A stretch of 24,202 bases of DNA from a virus. Lineage: Duplodnaviria > Caudoviricetes. Under the pieces are notes generated by a model. It saw only the letters and a list, made by a program, of their open reading frames with translations, was not told the DNA's origin and made no database searches. The DNA lies in IMG/VR virus record IMGVR_UViG_3300049137_000071, positions 1-24,202 of that record, one strand, 5' to 3'. The position numbers and the translations under genes were made by a program. This document shows, piece after piece, positions 23,499 through 24,202 of the stretch. Within the stretch, counting starts at the first letter, position 1; each line of letters opens with the position of its first letter.

Positions 23499-24202
23499 CA
23501 GATACGCAGACACCGGACCTGCGGGCTGCGGCCCGCGAGTACGACAACGCCGGGCTTTGCGTACTCCCCATCAAGGCCGACGGCAGCAAGATGCCCGCCG
23601 TTTCCTGGCTGCGGTACAAGGTCGTGCGCACCAGTCCGGAAGAGCACGACCAGTGGTTCACCGGCAGTAAGCCGCGCGGTATCGCCATGGTGTACGGCGC
23701 TGTATCGGGCAACGTCGAGCTGATCGAGTTCGAGGGCGTCGCCATCCGTGAAGGCGTGCTTCAGGAAGTCACGGAAGACATGGAGGCGAACGGCCTCGGC
23801 AAACCGTGGACCGCGATCCTCCAGGGCTGGGTGACCGAGTCGCCCTCCGGCGGCCGGCACTACCGCATCCGTGTCGAGGGCGGCGACGTCCCCGGTAATA
23901 CCAAGCTGGCTTCACGCCTGGCCCGTGAGGACGAATACACCGACACCGACCGGCAGCGGCTCCGGGAGAAGCCGGACGCGCGCATCGTCCGTGTCCTCGT
24001 CGAGACGCGCGGTGAAGGTGGCTACGGCCTGGTCGAACCCTCGGGCGGAACCGTGCACGCCACGGGCAGGCCCTACCTCCGGGTGGCGGGCGGCCCCGAC
24101 ACCATCCCCGTCATCGACGCCGACACTATGGACGCCATCCGTGACGTCTGCCGCATGGCTGACAAGCTGCCCCGGCCCACCGTCGCGAAGACCGCACCCC
24201 GC
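23495..24202 (+). CDS. Bifunctional DNA primase/polymerase (Prim-Pol) replication protein, truncated at window end
   Basis: Read by hand from GTG 23495 after AGGAG: A..Y..AGLCVLPI...GSK.P...W, GIA...G.VSGN, SPSGGRHY and ETRGEGGY...PS. The frame is open to the window edge. Confidence 0.88.
   Translation, partial: MTDTQTPDLRAAAREYDNAGLCVLPIKADGSKMPAVSWLRYKVVRTSPEEHDQWFTGSKPRGIAMVYGAVSGNVELIEFEGVAIREGVLQEVTEDMEANGLGKPWTAILQGWVTESPSGGRHYRIRVEGGDVPGNTKLASRLAREDEYTDTDRQRLREKPDARIVRVLVETRGEGGYGLVEPSGGTVHATGRPYLRVAGGPDTIPVIDADTMDAIRDVCRMADKLPRPTVAKTAPR

Overview
Very GC-rich DNA forming the left ~24 kb of a temperate siphovirus, most likely from Streptomyces or a close actinomycete (host inferred from GC content, gene families and regulatory motifs). 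The + strand carries a complete HK97/lambda-like morphogenesis operon: terS, terL, portal fused to a MuF-like domain, prohead protease, major capsid, neck genes, tail tube, tail chaperones with a -1 frameshift, tape measure and one large mosaic tail-tip protein. A lysis cassette follows (amidase, holin, two membrane proteins, one collagen-like). Next come an accessory region with two divergent regulator/small-gene modules, an intact attP matching the 3' part of a tRNA-Lys(UUU), a tyrosine integrase, a repressor/Cro-like switch with palindromic operators, an excisionase-like gene and a truncated Prim-Pol gene. Phage genes flank the att core on both sides, so this looks like the unintegrated (attP) form. 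Best leads: (1) a host LexA box in front of a 69-aa ORF-integrase unit; (2) a candidate antisense RNA and doubly coupled 22-aa mini-ORF at the end of xis; (3) a family of related leader hairpins before the capsid, tail tube, endolysin and an accessory gene. All product calls come from motif recognition and synteny; no database searches were run.
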